Source: Mobula hypostoma (taxonomy: Eukaryota). Taken from it: a DNA stretch of 64,000 bases. The stretch's first letter is position 1. Every line of letters starts with the position of its first letter. Positions 51,701 through 63,770 of this stretch are shown one piece after another. The stretch lies in assembly GCF_963921235.1 (NCBI RefSeq), contig NC_086107.1, positions 99,636,001 to 99,700,000 on the forward strand. Reading direction: 5' to 3'. Under the pieces are notes generated by a model. It saw nothing but the letters and a program-made list of their open reading frames with translations, did no database searches and was not told where the DNA came from. The position numbers and the translations under genes are program-made.

Positions 51701-54700
51701 AGGATGAGAGAAGAAACCAGAGCACTCGGAGGAAACTTGCGCAGTCACAGGGAGGAAATACAGAGTCCGCACAGACACACTGGAGGTCAGGATCAAACCT
51801 GGGTCTCTGGTGCTGTGAGCGTTGCATTTCTGAGAACAAGAAGAGTGTAGGTGGAGAAGGAATCCCTATTCCCGATGCCCACCATGGGTATGAGGGTGAG
51901 TGTGGGGCCTGCTGATGGTCACTGCGAGATTGTTCAAAGATGTTGAGTGGTGTCCAAGAAGTCTGGTTTCCTATTCATATGTGATTAATTGTCAGGCCTG
52001 TCTATCATTGACCACGCTGGTTTACCAGAACAGTGTATGTAGAAGTTTCATCTTGCAGCGAGTGCTCCCATTCACAGTTAAACCTGAGAAACAGGTTTGT
52101 TCATTATGTGCACTGTCGGATGACATTGGCCATCATGGTCTTTCCATGACCACGATTGTCAATGGCATATTTTTCTACAGAAGTAGTTTGCCATTGCTGC
52201 CTTCTGGGCAGTGTCCTCAAGACAAGTGACCCTGACCATTACCTATGCTCTTCAGAGATTATCTGCCTGTAACCAGGGCCTGTGATGTGCACCAGCTGCT
52301 CATATGACCATTCCCACCTGCTCCCATGGCTTCATGTGACCCTGATTGGGGGTGGGGCGGGGCTAAGAGGGGCTCCACCTTGGCCAAGGGTGACCTGCAG
52401 GCTAGCGGAGGGACGGGGTGCCTTCCACTTCCTTTGGTAGAGATGTTTCCCCACCCTGCCCACCCCCCACTTTTGAGAATCTTGACAGGAACAAAATCCT
52501 GTGTTCAGCAGGTTTGAGAATCCCCAGCATTTTCTGCTCTTGCTTCATGTTTCCAGCTTCTCCGGTTGCGTGGTTGGTTTGAGACAGCATGTGGTTGGGT
52601 GTGGGGTTGATCTGTGCTCCCTGGTAGTGTCACTGATCTCAGAGCATATAGGTTGGTAATCAGCAAGTGGACACTGGATTTGGACAACGATACGTTTGAA
52701 TGAAGTGCTGGGTGAAGCTTGTCCATTTTGATAAGATTGTGGAAGATGACAAGAACTGTGCATCGGGGTAAAACAAAACAGGAAGTGCTGGAAATGAATG
52801 GCGGGCTAGAGATGCACCCTCCTCTGAAGGAGGTATAAGGGTGCTCCTTTCCCTCCGCTAGCCTGCAAGTCACCCTTGGGCAAGGTGTGGCACCCCCAAT
52901 CAGGGTCGTGTGAAGCCATGAAAGTAGATGGTAGATGGTCTTAAGAGTAGCTGGTGCACATCACAAGTCCTGGTTATGTGAGCATGGACATCAGGCAGAG
53001 AACCTCTGAACAGTATTGATGATGGCTGGGGTCACCCGTCTTGTAAAGTCACCGCCCAGAAGAAGGCAATAGCAAGCCACTTCTGTAGAAAAATTTTCCA
53101 AGAACAATCATGGTCATGACACCATGATCGCCTATGTCAAACAACATGGCACATAATGGTGATGATCTGGAAATATTCAGCAGGTCAGGTAGCAACTATG
53201 AGCAGAGAACCATACTCGACTATTAATCAGTTCCCATTCTTATTGGTGGGGCCATCTACCCAGTAACCTAGAGTAAACAGACCTGCAATTGTATTACCTT
53301 TTCATTAATTTTGGTAGTGCTAGGTGTTTTACAGTTATTGTGCATCTGCAATTGGTTTTCTTTCTTCAAGCATGTTGAAGAGATATTGTTGGGTGATTCA
53401 GAACACTTGGTTTTAGAGAGGAACTTTAGCACACAGAAGATCTTCCTGACATTGCTGTCTTCATTATTGTAGGCGACGCGGATGGAACACGGAACACGGC
53501 ACTGTGGTCTCACCCTTCAGTTAAATATTCTGCACAATTGAGCACTGACATTCACTCATCAAATTCACTGAAAAGAATTCTAATTTGCCGTCCTTGGGTT
53601 TTTCCCCTGTCAGCATCTGCAGAAGAGGCTGAAAACTGAGGAGAAATAATTTTTTTAAAAGTTGGCTGAGAAGTTAGAAGTTTTGACCACTATTTATTGA
53701 AGGTGGGAGGGTGAAAGTTTAAAATGCTAAAGGAACTCAGACAGCAGCTATGGAGGGAAATTTGGTCTTGGCTGAGTTTGGAGGTACAGCACAGTGATGA
53801 GCCGTTCCAGCCAACAAGCCCACATTGCCCAGTTACCCCCCTGTGACCTGATCAATTAACCCACGCAGCTTTGGAATGTGGGAGGAAACTGGAGCAAGCC
53901 AGTGTGATCACAAAGTGAGTGTACAGAGTCCTTACAGACAGTGACAGAATAGGATTCTGGTTGCTGGTGCTGTAACAGCGTTACACTAAACCCTACGCTA
54001 CCATGCCAGAAATGAGAAGTCATTGTTTCGGGTCAAAGCAACACCCACAACACGCTGGAGGAACTCAGCAGGCCGGGCAGCATCCGTGGAAACGATCAGT
54101 CGACGTTTCGGGCCAGAACCCTTCGTCAGGACTGTAGAGGGAAGGGGCAGAGGCCCTATAAAGAAGGTGGGGGGAGGGTGGGAAGGAGAAGGCTGGTAGG
54201 TTCCAGGTGAAAAACCAGTAAGGGGAAAGATAAAGGGGTGGGGGAGGGGAAGCAGGGAGGTGGTGGGCAGGAAAGGTGAAGAAGGAATGGGGAAAACACA
54301 ATGGGTAGTAGAAGGAGGCGGAACCATGAGGGAGGTGATAGGCAGCTGGAGGAGGGGGCAGAGTGACATAGGGATAGGGGAAGGGAGGGGGAGGGAATTA
54401 CCGGAAGTTGGAGAATTCTATGTTCATACCAAGGGGCTGGAGACTACCTAGACGGTATATGAGGTGTTGCTCCTCCAACCTGAATTTAGCCTCATCATGG
54501 CAGTAGAGGAGGCCATGTATGGACACAAAGAGTTTTGGAAGGTTTGGAATGCACTGCTGAGGAAAGTGCTCAGATAAGATAGCAACACTTAGACACACAT
54601 AACCAGGCAGGGATCTTGTACAGGTTGATGGGGTTAGTTTAGATTGACATAGCTGGTGCAGATATCGTGGACTGAATGGCCTGTTCCTACACTTTACTGT

Positions 54701-57700
54701 TCTATGTTCTATTGCAGACTTAAACTGGAAGAAATTCACCATCTTGAGCCACAGCTTGGGTAAGCAAGCACCCTTTCACCGGATGTTACTAAGCTGCATG
54801 AACACAGCTCAGGCCAAGTGTAGCAAGGTCGGGGGCCAGCGAGTAGTCTATACCTGCTTGCTGTTGTCCAGTCATTAGATCGCACTTCCACCTCAGAGTA
54901 TAGAGCCTTGAAGACAGAATCAGTGATAACTTCACCAGTACTGCGGTCAATATACATAGAGCTGGGGAAAAAGAATGATAACGTAATGCAAATTACAGGC
55001 TGATAAAATCAAAAGGCCTGAAAATTGAAGGGCGTGGGATCTGATTTCCCTAGCAACGTCAGCATTTATTGCCCATCCCTAATTGTACTCAAAGTTGTAA
55101 AGTGCCATTGCTCTGAACTACTGCAGTCCTTGCAAAGTACTCTTTTATAGTCATTCAAGGTGTGTGTGTTTCACGGGCTGAGCTAGCCCTCGAAGGTAGT
55201 GGTGAGCTGTCGTCTTCAACGTGACAGTTCTTGAGGTGTGGGTATACTTGCAGTGCTGTTGGGGAGCGAGCTCTCAGTAGTGACAATTTTCCAGCAATGT
55301 GTTTCCAAGTTGGGATGCTGTGCTACTTGGTGTAGAGTTTGCAGGGAGTTGTGTACCCTACAGGGGCTGACCGTGCTGGGTTTGGGAACCAATGACGGAG
55401 TAGTCTAGGTGAGTAACTGCGGAGTATTTTGTAGATGATGCACTGAGCAACCACCATGCATCAGTGGCTGAGGGGACTGAGTACGACCAAATGGGCTGAT
55501 TTGTCCTGGGTGATGTCAACAATCTCGAGAGGTGTTGATGCTACGCTTATCCAGGCAAGTTGATGGTATTCCATCCCACTCCTGACCTGTGTCTGGTAGT
55601 TGGTGGACAGAATTTTGTAGTGTGTGGAGGTTAGACACTTGTCATAGCCCCTGACCTTCTATTGCAGCTACAGTATTAACTCTGCACCAGTCTGTTAGCC
55701 GCTACACCTCCTCTCTGTATGCTGACTCATCACTCTTGCTGATGAGACCCACCACAGTCGTGTCATTGGCGAACTTGATGATGTGGTTCGAGCTGTGTGT
55801 TGCAGCACAGTCGTGGGTCAGCAGAGTGAACAGCAGTGGACTGAGCACACAGCCCTGGGGGGGCCCCCGTGCTCAGTGTGATGGTGTTGGAGATGCAGTT
55901 ACCAATTTGGACTGACTGAGGTCTCCCAGTCAGGACGTCTAGGATCCATTTGCAGAGGGAGGTGTTCAGGCCCAGTAGGCTCAGCTTTCCAATTAGTTTC
56001 TGAGGAATGATTGTGTTGAATGCTGAACTGAAGTCTATGAACAGCATTTGAGCGTACGTGTCTTTTTTGTCCAGGTGGGTTAAGACCAGGTAGAGGGTGA
56101 TGGCAATGGCATCGTCTGTTGAACGGTTGGGACAGTACGCGAACTGCAGGGTGTCCAGTGAGGGGGGTAGCAGGGACTTGATGTGCCTCATGACAAGCCT
56201 CTCAAAACACTTCATGATGATGGATGTGAGTGCAACGGGACAGTAATCATTGAGGCAGGACACTGAAGACTTCTTCGGCATGGGGACGATGGTGGCGACC
56301 TTGAAGCATGTAGGAACAACGGTGCTGCTCAGGGAGGTGTTGAAGATGTCAGTGAGAACATCTGCTAGTTGGTCTGCACATCCTCCAAGCTCTCTGCCAG
56401 GAATATTGTGTGGTCCAGCAGCTTTCCGTGGGTTGACCCTGCACGGGGTTCTCCTCACATCGGCCATGGTAAGACATAGCACCTGGTCATTTGGAGAAGG
56501 TGTGGTCTTCCTCACCGCCACATCATTATCCGCCTCAAACCGAGCGTAGAGGTTGTTCAGCGCATCTGGGAAGGAGGCATCACCTGCACAGTCAGGTGAT
56601 GTTGTCCTGTAGTTGCTGATGTCCTGAATGCCCTTCCACATGCGCTGCGTGTCTCCGCTGTCCTGGAAGTGGCTGTGGATTGGCTGGGCATGTGCACGCT
56701 TTGCCTCTCTGATGGCCCGGGACAGTTTGGCCCTCGCTGTTGTTAGGGCTACCTTGTCGCTTGCTCTGTAGGCGGAGTCACGGGTCCTCAGCAGCGCATG
56801 TACCTCCGCGGTCATCCATGGCTTCTGGTTAGCGCGTGTAGTGATGGTCTTAGCCACAGTGACATAATCAATGCACTTGCCGATGTAGCTAGTCACTGAT
56901 GCTGTGTACTCCTCTAAGTTGGTAGAGTCGCCATCGGTTGCAGCCTCCCTGAACATGTGCCAGTCAGTGTGCTCAAAGCAGTCTTGGAGAGCAGAGGTGG
57001 CTCCTGCTGGCCAGGTTTTCACCTGCTTCTGAACTGGTCTGGAGTGCCTGACGAGTACGCTCTACCCAGATCGCTTGGGTCTGCCTTTTGCATGCTGCTT
57101 TTCCTGTTTAGCTTGCTGTTGCAACTTCACTGAGCTGGTAGCTCATTTGCAGGTATTGCCTCCAGCCGTCCTGTCTCCATTGAACTTGCGCCAAATTGCT
57201 ACAAGGTGAGTATTTGAAATCCTGTTTAAGAGATCCTGATAAAGACATGAGGCTGGGGGCTGGTCGGGAAGGAATAGAAGTTGTGCTTGTAGGTTGAGTT
57301 GCAGAGGGTGTGTGGAGGCTTGCAGAATATAAACAGCATGTGGACTGAATCACTTGTTTCTGTTCTGTAAATGATATAGTTCTTCATCAGGCATTAATAT
57401 TTTCCATGGTTTTCCTCCAGGGGCCAATGTCGGAGGACTGGTGAGTACTGCATTTGATTTCATTCCAGCAGTCATAGTTAAATTTTGCCACTATTCTTTG
57501 GTGTTCTACATTGACATCCTTTGGTAGGGATTTTGACCATTAGATGTTGCAGGAGTAAGTGGGGTTTGCTTGGCCTCTTGGCTGTGGATGACCCAAGTGC
57601 CTTTGACCTAGGAATGACAATATTGGTGTGTCCTGAGCTAGTTAATTGCTGGAGGGTTTGATCTTGGTTCCAGTGATTACTCTATGAGCAATTACTCTAT

Positions 57701-60633
57701 GGTGTTGGCTCGCCCATCTGAACTGGAAGACCAAGTTCTTCTAGGTAGTAATCCTTGCACTGTTACCCAACAGCACTGTGACATCAGTGTCAATGACCCA
57801 ACGCTGTCAGTAAATGTCAGTTTTGGGAGTGGGTCTTTAATTCCTGATAGAGGGCTGTTAGGGATTATAAATTGTGGGAGAGACAAACCCAACCTTAAAA
57901 ATACTTAACATGTTATAAATTTGTGTTGGAGTTTTATGGGTAGTGGACATGATGGAAGTTGATGTCCTGGTAGTGAGAAGTTTCTCATTACAAGTGTCAG
58001 TACCAGACATGCTGTTACACAAAGCATAAACTATTAAATATTATGATATGGGAAGGAAAGGTAATGGAAAGAAATGGGAATTTGAATGTAGGTAACTATC
58101 AATAAAAGAAACGTTATGGTTTCTGGTATACACATGACTCTGAGGTTGGGTAATCAAGAACCAGCGGGCATAAGTTTAAGGTAAGAGGGGAGCAATTTAA
58201 TAGGAACCTGAGGAGCAACATTTACACCCAGACGGTAAGCATTATATGGAAGGAACAGCCAGAGGAAATGGTTGAGGCAGGTATATTTACAACTTTTCAA
58301 AGGCACTTGGACAGGTACACGTGCAGGAAAGGTTTGGAGGGATATGGGCCAAATGCAGGCAAGTGGGACTAGTTTAGATTGTAACCTTGGTTGGCATGGA
58401 CTGGTTGTGGTGAAGGACCAGTGTCTGTGCTCCATAGTTCTCATCATTTCATCTTTCTTATCTGACAAAGTTTTTGGTTATTTATTTGTTGAGATGCAGC
58501 GTGGAATAGGCCCTTTGAGTTGCACCGCCAACAATCCCCTGATTTAACCCTAGCCGAATCACGGGACGACTTACGATTACCAATTAACCTACAACGCTCA
58601 CTCTTGGTTACAGTTCTCCGCAGTTTTCCCGGAGATGGTGGATAAACTGATCTTGCTGGATTCATATGGTTTTACCCCGCTTACTGAAGTAAGTTTTATA
58701 TTTTTAAATTATGCATAGCATAAATATGTTGCCTGATGCACAAGCTAACAGGTGATTTATGTACGTCAAATTTTATAGCTTAGATAAACCCAGTGTGAGT
58801 TACTTACTGCCCATTACAGCACTGGCATTTGGGGCAGCAGTGAAGGTCCTCAATCTCTGGTGGCGTTCAGGCCTTCCTTTATCACGTCAGTTATTTTCAC
58901 TACTGTCAGTTCTGGGTGGAGATTCAGGACCGTCACACTCTAGAAGGATTCTTCATTATTGTTTCCTTAACAATTTTGTTTTACCAGTCAGGGTTGTTAG
59001 CCCTGAGCTGAACCCCCGAACTTGGAGGATTGATGGACCACTCTTGGTCTGGTCTTTACCCTTTGACCTGTTTGGCATGGGTGACCCTACCGAGAGCCAA
59101 AGCATAAAGCCCTGACTCCAGCCAACATAGCTCTCCGGGTCACTGAGGCACACAAACCCCCAAACTCTATGACAAGGTTGTTGTGCTCTTGGATAAACCC
59201 ACTGTGACCATCAGTCCAATTAGGTTTGCAAAGCTCCATGTATTGAGTTCCCTTTCCAATGATAAACTAAAGCAACTGTTCTTCCAGTGGAATGGGGTAA
59301 TTAAGGAATTTGAGCACTCTTGTAGATGTTCTGTGTGCTTCCGCTCCTGACAACACAGCTTTAGCCTGTGAAAATCCAAAAGGTGTAGTTGCTGGAAATA
59401 TGAAATAAAAACTGAAAAGTCTTGGAAACACTCAACAGATCAGGCAGAATCTGCAAAAGAAAAAACGATTAATGTTTCAGGTTATCAATCTGAAACATTA
59501 ACTCTATCACCTTCCACAGATGCTGCCTGACTACTGAATATTTCCTGTAGTTTTCTGTAGTTCACATTGTACTTCCACACAATTAACCGAGGGTGCACGA
59601 CACGCAGAAGCTGAGCATTACTTTGGGTTTTGAAAGTCTGGACTGAAACAGAATGCGTGAAACACTTGGCCATGGCTACAGAGAGGGAAACAGCAGTCAT
59701 TTTCTGAGTTGAAGATCTCCTTCAGAACTGGGGCAAATTAAAGAGCAAGTCTTAAGATGCAGACCTGTGAGACAGTTAGAAAGTATATGAAGGATAATAA
59801 AAGCAGAAAGATAAAGAAGGGAAGGAGATACTGTAGCATGGAGTGGGGTTAGGGAGAGTGACAGAAACTTGCTGCAGGGATAGCTTTGGGGATCATTACT
59901 TTTAAAGCAGAAGAGCAAGATGGGGAGAGACTGAAGAATTTGGTGAGTAGTCCCGGGAGACTGAAGGGTTGGCTGCCAGTGGTGCTGGTGGGAGAGCAGC
60001 CACAATAAGGGAAATGACCTCAGGGTAAACCAGAGCTTGGGGCATTGGTAGGAATAGGGAAGAAGAAGGGACTTGAAGATGAGAGCTGGGATTTTATTGT
60101 ACAAGTGGAGATGACAGACCTGGCTGATGTCATTTCAAGGCATTCTAATGAGGCGGGCACAGAAAGCTGAGCCCTGGTACAGGCTGGAGTTTGCTCTATG
60201 TCCCTGAGCAGGTTGTTAACAATAATCGGACCAAGAGGTGACAAAGGTTTAACCCAAGTTTCTTACAGCACTTTACACGTTGTGGAAACAATATTATACT
60301 TGTGAAGGTGGATGATCTTATAGCTTGGTAAGATGTGGAGTGTGAGGAGGGGATGAGAGATTAATGATAAATCTACCTGAAACAAAAACAATTTGACTAA
60401 ATTGTTTGAAAGAATGACCAAGTACTGACAGTGTTACATGTAGCAGGAGAGCAGGAAGTTGTCTTTTAATCAGTTGAAGTTGCTTTTCCTAAACTGAATT
60501 CCTATGAAGAAATGTGTTTTAATTACTAGTACACACAAGAAGAACAACTTAAGAATGCATTCAATGATCTTATAAAGCTGGAGAAGGAGCAGGGACCGCC
60601 CAGAGTGTATACTCCAGACGCAGCTCTAAAGAG
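39714..60633 (+). CDS. SERHL2: Serine hydrolase-like protein (alpha/beta-hydrolase); gene span of 7 coding exons, 3'-incomplete in window
   Basis: Spliced translation [95 protein letters not shown]...[43 protein letters not shown]... is colinear with human SERHL2 as I recall it. Intron phases are consistent. Confidence 0.93.
40427..40576 (+). CDS. SERHL2: serhl coding exon 2
   Basis: CACAG|...|[45 protein letters not shown]. Confidence 0.95.
40991..44765 (-). CDS. L1 ORF2 (APE endonuclease, RT, Cys domain) with one frameshift at about 42812
   Basis: [50 protein letters not shown]; after the shift [29 protein letters not shown]. Confidence 0.92.
45488..46369 (-). CDS. L1 ORF1 (coiled coil + RRM-like), intact 293 aa
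   Basis: [41 protein letters not shown] motifs. Confidence 0.9.
   Translation of the reverse strand: MSKNGKNGKDGKPPVKPKATDLPLTESPVTLKAISELIQREISTSVREMICTEIAGSVKDLIHTEISTNFQKIADLIDKMQTFIAEHQSAISDLQKFAQQSELKMGKIEETINVMKKKLDFLTFKNSDLESRMRRQNLRMIGVREAVEANNPMKYFSQLLKDAFPTVFPDQPPLLDRVHRIPSYSSRSDRPRHVILRFHYFQDKERLFRFARSKGFIDFSDLKFRFVEDFSKPIWDQRVRYRSVMSEFYKMDLRPALLYPARLRIRMLDGALRFFDSPSDAQSYLDQLSSSTS
46935..47628 (-). mobile_element. Solo LTR (Gypsy-like)
   Basis: TGTA...TACA termini; perfect 4-bp TSD CTTA (46931-46934, 47629-47632). Confidence 0.8.
48660..48773 (+). CDS. SERHL2: serhl coding exon 3
   Basis: Branch point CACTAAC at 48635, TTTCAG|, donor |[23 protein letters not shown]...RRVTE. Confidence 0.93.
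48950..49900 (-). mobile_element. Rex1/Babar-type 3' fragment with nested tRNA-SINE (49136-49395)
   Basis: [32 protein letters not shown]; the SINE has a 10-bp TSD AACT(A/G)TTACT. Confidence 0.75.
50570..51550 (-). mobile_element. Degenerate Penelope-like RT fragment
   Basis: [23 protein letters not shown] and GYVEQS..YIADCIG are homologous to 35443-36399. Confidence 0.75.
52100..53165. repeat. Two inverted copies of an RTE-related SINE-like repeat (about 52100-52470 -, about 52815-53165 +)
   Basis: GAAGGCAATAGCAAGCCACTTCTGTAGAAAAA and a diverged reverse complement; CCTCCGCTAGCCTGCA / TGCAGGCTAGCGGAGG. Confidence 0.65.
54030..54525 (-). mobile_element. Penelope-like 3' terminus, near-identical to 11545-12045
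   Basis: [40 protein letters not shown]. Confidence 0.85.
54097..54134 (-). ncRNA. Minimal type-I hammerhead ribozyme motif (intact core)
   Basis: Minus strand: CAGTC-CTGACGA-A-GGG(TTCTGG)CCC-GAAA-CG-TC-GACTG. Confidence 0.62.
54718..54759 (+). CDS. SERHL2: serhl coding exon 4 (nucleophile elbow SHSLG)
   Basis: TTGCAG|AC TTA AAC TGG...CAC AGC TTG G|GTAAGC. Confidence 0.9.
55683..57055 (-). mobile_element. Rex1/Babar-type LINE RT fragment
   Basis: 419-aa [46 protein letters not shown]; frameshift at about 55860; then [18 protein letters not shown]. Confidence 0.9.
57421..57440 (+). CDS. SERHL2: serhl coding exon 5 (20-nt microexon, GANVGGL)
   Basis: TTTCCTCCAG|GG GCC AAT GTC GGA GGA CTG|GTGAGT bridges phase 1 to phase 0. 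Confidence 0.85.
58614..58688 (+). CDS. SERHL2: serhl coding exon 6
   Basis: [36 protein letters not shown]. Confidence 0.92.
60530..60633 (+). CDS. SERHL2: serhl coding exon 7
   Basis: [39 protein letters not shown](R)|GTAAGC. Confidence 0.8.
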
Positions 60634-61331
60634 GTAAGCAATGATATTAGGTCTGATGTGATCTAGTATGCCTTGAGATTTCCCAGAAATCTCCTGTTAC
60701 CTTATGAATGCAGTGCTTATAGTCCTGTAAAAGCTTGTGTGAAATGCCACAAAGAATGAGGCGGCAGTGTTGGCAAAATATAATCCCTGGGAAGTAAAAG
60801 CTGATCTCCCTGGTCTTTTATACATTTGTGGAATTTGGACATTGCTGGCAAGGCCAGAATATGTTGTTCGTATTTAATTGTCCCTGATGAGATGGTGTGG
60901 CTGCTGCTTTGAATAGAAGGTACTTCTACAGTGTAATGGAAAATATTTTAAAGTACATTCCTCACTCTTTACTGATTCAGAAGCAAGAAGTCTCTGCAAA
61001 CAAAGGATGAGATAGTAAATTGGATTAGATATTGGCTTTGCAGGGGTATTGTGTGTGGATTTGATCACCTACCTACAGGAACGACGTCAATAAGATTGAA
61101 AGTGCTGAGAAATATTACAAAGATTTTGTCAGGACTTGAGGACCTAGATTATAGGAAAAGGTTAACTAGGTTAGGACATCATTCACTAGAACGTAGGAGA
61201 ATGAGGGGATATTTATAGGTATACAAAATAATGAGGGGTATAGATAGGGTAAATGAAAGCAGGCTTTTTTCACTGAGGTTAGATGAGACTAGAACTAGAG
61301 GGAGGTAAAAATGAAATTACTTCATTTGAGT

Positions 61332-62197
61332 TAGTGCCTATAAAAAGTAGTCACTCCCCTTCCCCCCCCCGCCAAAAGTTTTCATGTTTTATTGTTTTAC
61401 AGTAATGAATCATTGTGGATTTAATTTGGCTTTTTTGACGCTGAGCAACAGAAGAGACTCTTTCGTGTCAAAATGAAGACAAAATTTCTACAAATTAGTT
61501 TAAATTTATTACAATTATTAAACACAAAATAATTGTTGCATAATTATTCACCCCTTTCAAATTAATATTTAGTAAATGCACCTTTGGCAGCAATTACAAC
61601 CTTGAGTCTATGTGGATGGGTGTCCAGCTTTGCACATCTGGACACTGAAATTTTTCCCCATTCCCCTTTACAAAACTGCTCAAGCTCTGTCAGATTGCAT
61701 GGGGATCGTGAATGAACAGCCCTTTTCAAGTTCAGCCACAAATTCTCAGTCGGATTGAGGTCTGGACTCCAATTTGGTCACTCCAGGACATTACCTTTGT
61801 TGTTTTGAAGCCATTCCTGTGTAGCTTTTGGCTTTATGCTTGGGCTGATTGCCTTGCTGGAAAACAAATCTCCCGAGTCGTAGTTCTCTTGCAGACTGCA
61901 TCAGTTGTTCCTCCAAGTGTTCCCTGTATCTTGCTGCATTCATTTTACACTCTACCTTCACAAGCCTTCCAGGGCCTGCTGCAGTGAAACATCCCCGCAG
62001 CATGATGCAGCCACCACCATGCTTCATGGTAGGAAGGTGTATTTTTGATTATGTGTAGTGTTTTGAGCTTACACCAAACATAGCATTTAATCTGATGGCC
62101 AAAAAAGCTCAATTTTGGTTTCATCAGACCATAGAACTTGCTTCCAGCTGACTTCAGAGTCTTCCATGTGCCTTCTGGCAAACTCTAGCAGAGATTC
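61332..62197 (-). mobile_element. Tc1-family DNA transposon, one end plus decayed transposase C-terminus
   Basis: KHGGGCIMLRGCF..FVFQQGNQPKH; terminus AGTGCCTATAAAAAG with an inner repeat (ATTCACCCC) at about 61540. Confidence 0.8.
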
Positions 62198-63494
62198 TCG
62201 CCGTTTGAATGTAGTTGCCAAGCTCCATAGATTTTACCTTATTATGTGAATCAGAATGGAAGTTGGATTTCTATTTATCAAGGTAATGGTGGCACTTTAT
62301 TCCCTCTGGTTGTTGTCGACCTTCCCTATAGTTTCGTTCAGGCAAGTAATCTTCCCCCAACACCTCACCTTAGTGCAGTTGGGAAGAATTGTCCAAACTT
62401 GGTTCCATTCTTGCCTGTCAGAAGCAGACACCTGCGGCAGTGGCTTCCCTTGCATCTAGTGGAGGTTTGTGAGGATCTACAACCTCATGGAGGTCCATGT
62501 GCCTACCTCCATGCAGCCTCTTGGTCACCCACAGGCACGGAGTGTCTCAATGCAGCCTCCCTTACATCAAATTTAATTGACATTCAACCATACGCACGTA
62601 TACAACTAAAGGAAACTGAGTTTTTTCATGGCTAAGGTGCAAAACATAGTACCTACAGTCACACACAGCACATATAGTTACGAAAGCACATCCGGTCACA
62701 AGAAGTAATGCGTATTAGCACAGGTTCCTGTGTAACATAGCCTGAAGAGTAATGGTGCATGGAGTGTTCTCCTGGAGCCATCTTTCTGCAAGAACAAGTA
62801 TGGCAGCAGTTCCTTATCTTGCTGTGTGTCTGCGGCAGATAAAAGCAATCCAGCTTGTCTTCCGGGACCAAACTCTGGAGAGCAGCACCGACAGCAGGGG
62901 TCAGCACCCCACCCAGCACGGGTTCCAGTGTGCCTGATGTGCCTCTGCTCTCTCCCAATCTGTCTCCAACGCCTTCGTCCCTCAGTGGCTAGAATAGGCA
63001 ACGCCAGGGCATGAGGGCCTGGTTCACACAGCAACTGAGGTCACGCAGCTCCCCCGACATTGGTCTCACCAATGAACTGGGCTTGCGGTATTTTATTTAT
63101 CCACGTCCAACAGGGTCTTGCAATCACAAGGAAAATATTTAAGGGAAACATTGCACCGTTTGTTGGACTGTGTACAGCTTTTGACGCCTTCTTCCCTGGG
63201 TGGTTGTAGCAGGTGTCGACACCTTACACAATACGCCTCTGCTTTGCAGCAACACGCTGGTGAGGTAGACGCAGTACTTGGTGTTATTTATATCCAGCAG
63301 CGTCTTGCAATCATAGGAAAAACAGAAAGGCCACTGCAGTCAAGTGCCACCATCTTACCAGGAATTTGTTAGCTGGAATTATGGCACTTGGGCAGTTTCA
63401 GAGATGAGCTTTATAAAATTCCGCATTAATTAAATGACTTGAGTTTAAGGACCCCAGTGGTTGTGGTGGGATTGGGATCAGTCATCCAGAACAT

Positions 63495-63770
63495 GAGGTG
63501 GCACAGAAGTGCTGCCTCACAGACCTGCCCACCCAGGTTCAATTCTGCCCTTGGGCATCGTCTGGGTGGAGTTTGCATGATCTCCCTGTACCGCGTGGGA
63601 TTCCTCTCCATATCGCAAATGCACTCATGCTGGTAGGTTGGTTGCCTGCTGTAAATGGCCCCCAGTTTGTAGTTGAGTGGTAGAATCTGGGAAAGTGTGG
63701 AGAGTAAAACTGGATCGTTGTAAGTATTTGTTTAGTGGGCTAAAGAGCCTGCTTCTGTGCTCTATGACTC
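63495..63770 (+). mobile_element. V-SINE/HE1-like SINE, degenerate
   Basis: GGTTCAATTC box B, GGAGTTTGCATG.TCTCCCTGT.CCGCGTGGG central block, CR1-like tail; antisense relatives at about 51640-51830 and 53780-54000. Confidence 0.55.
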
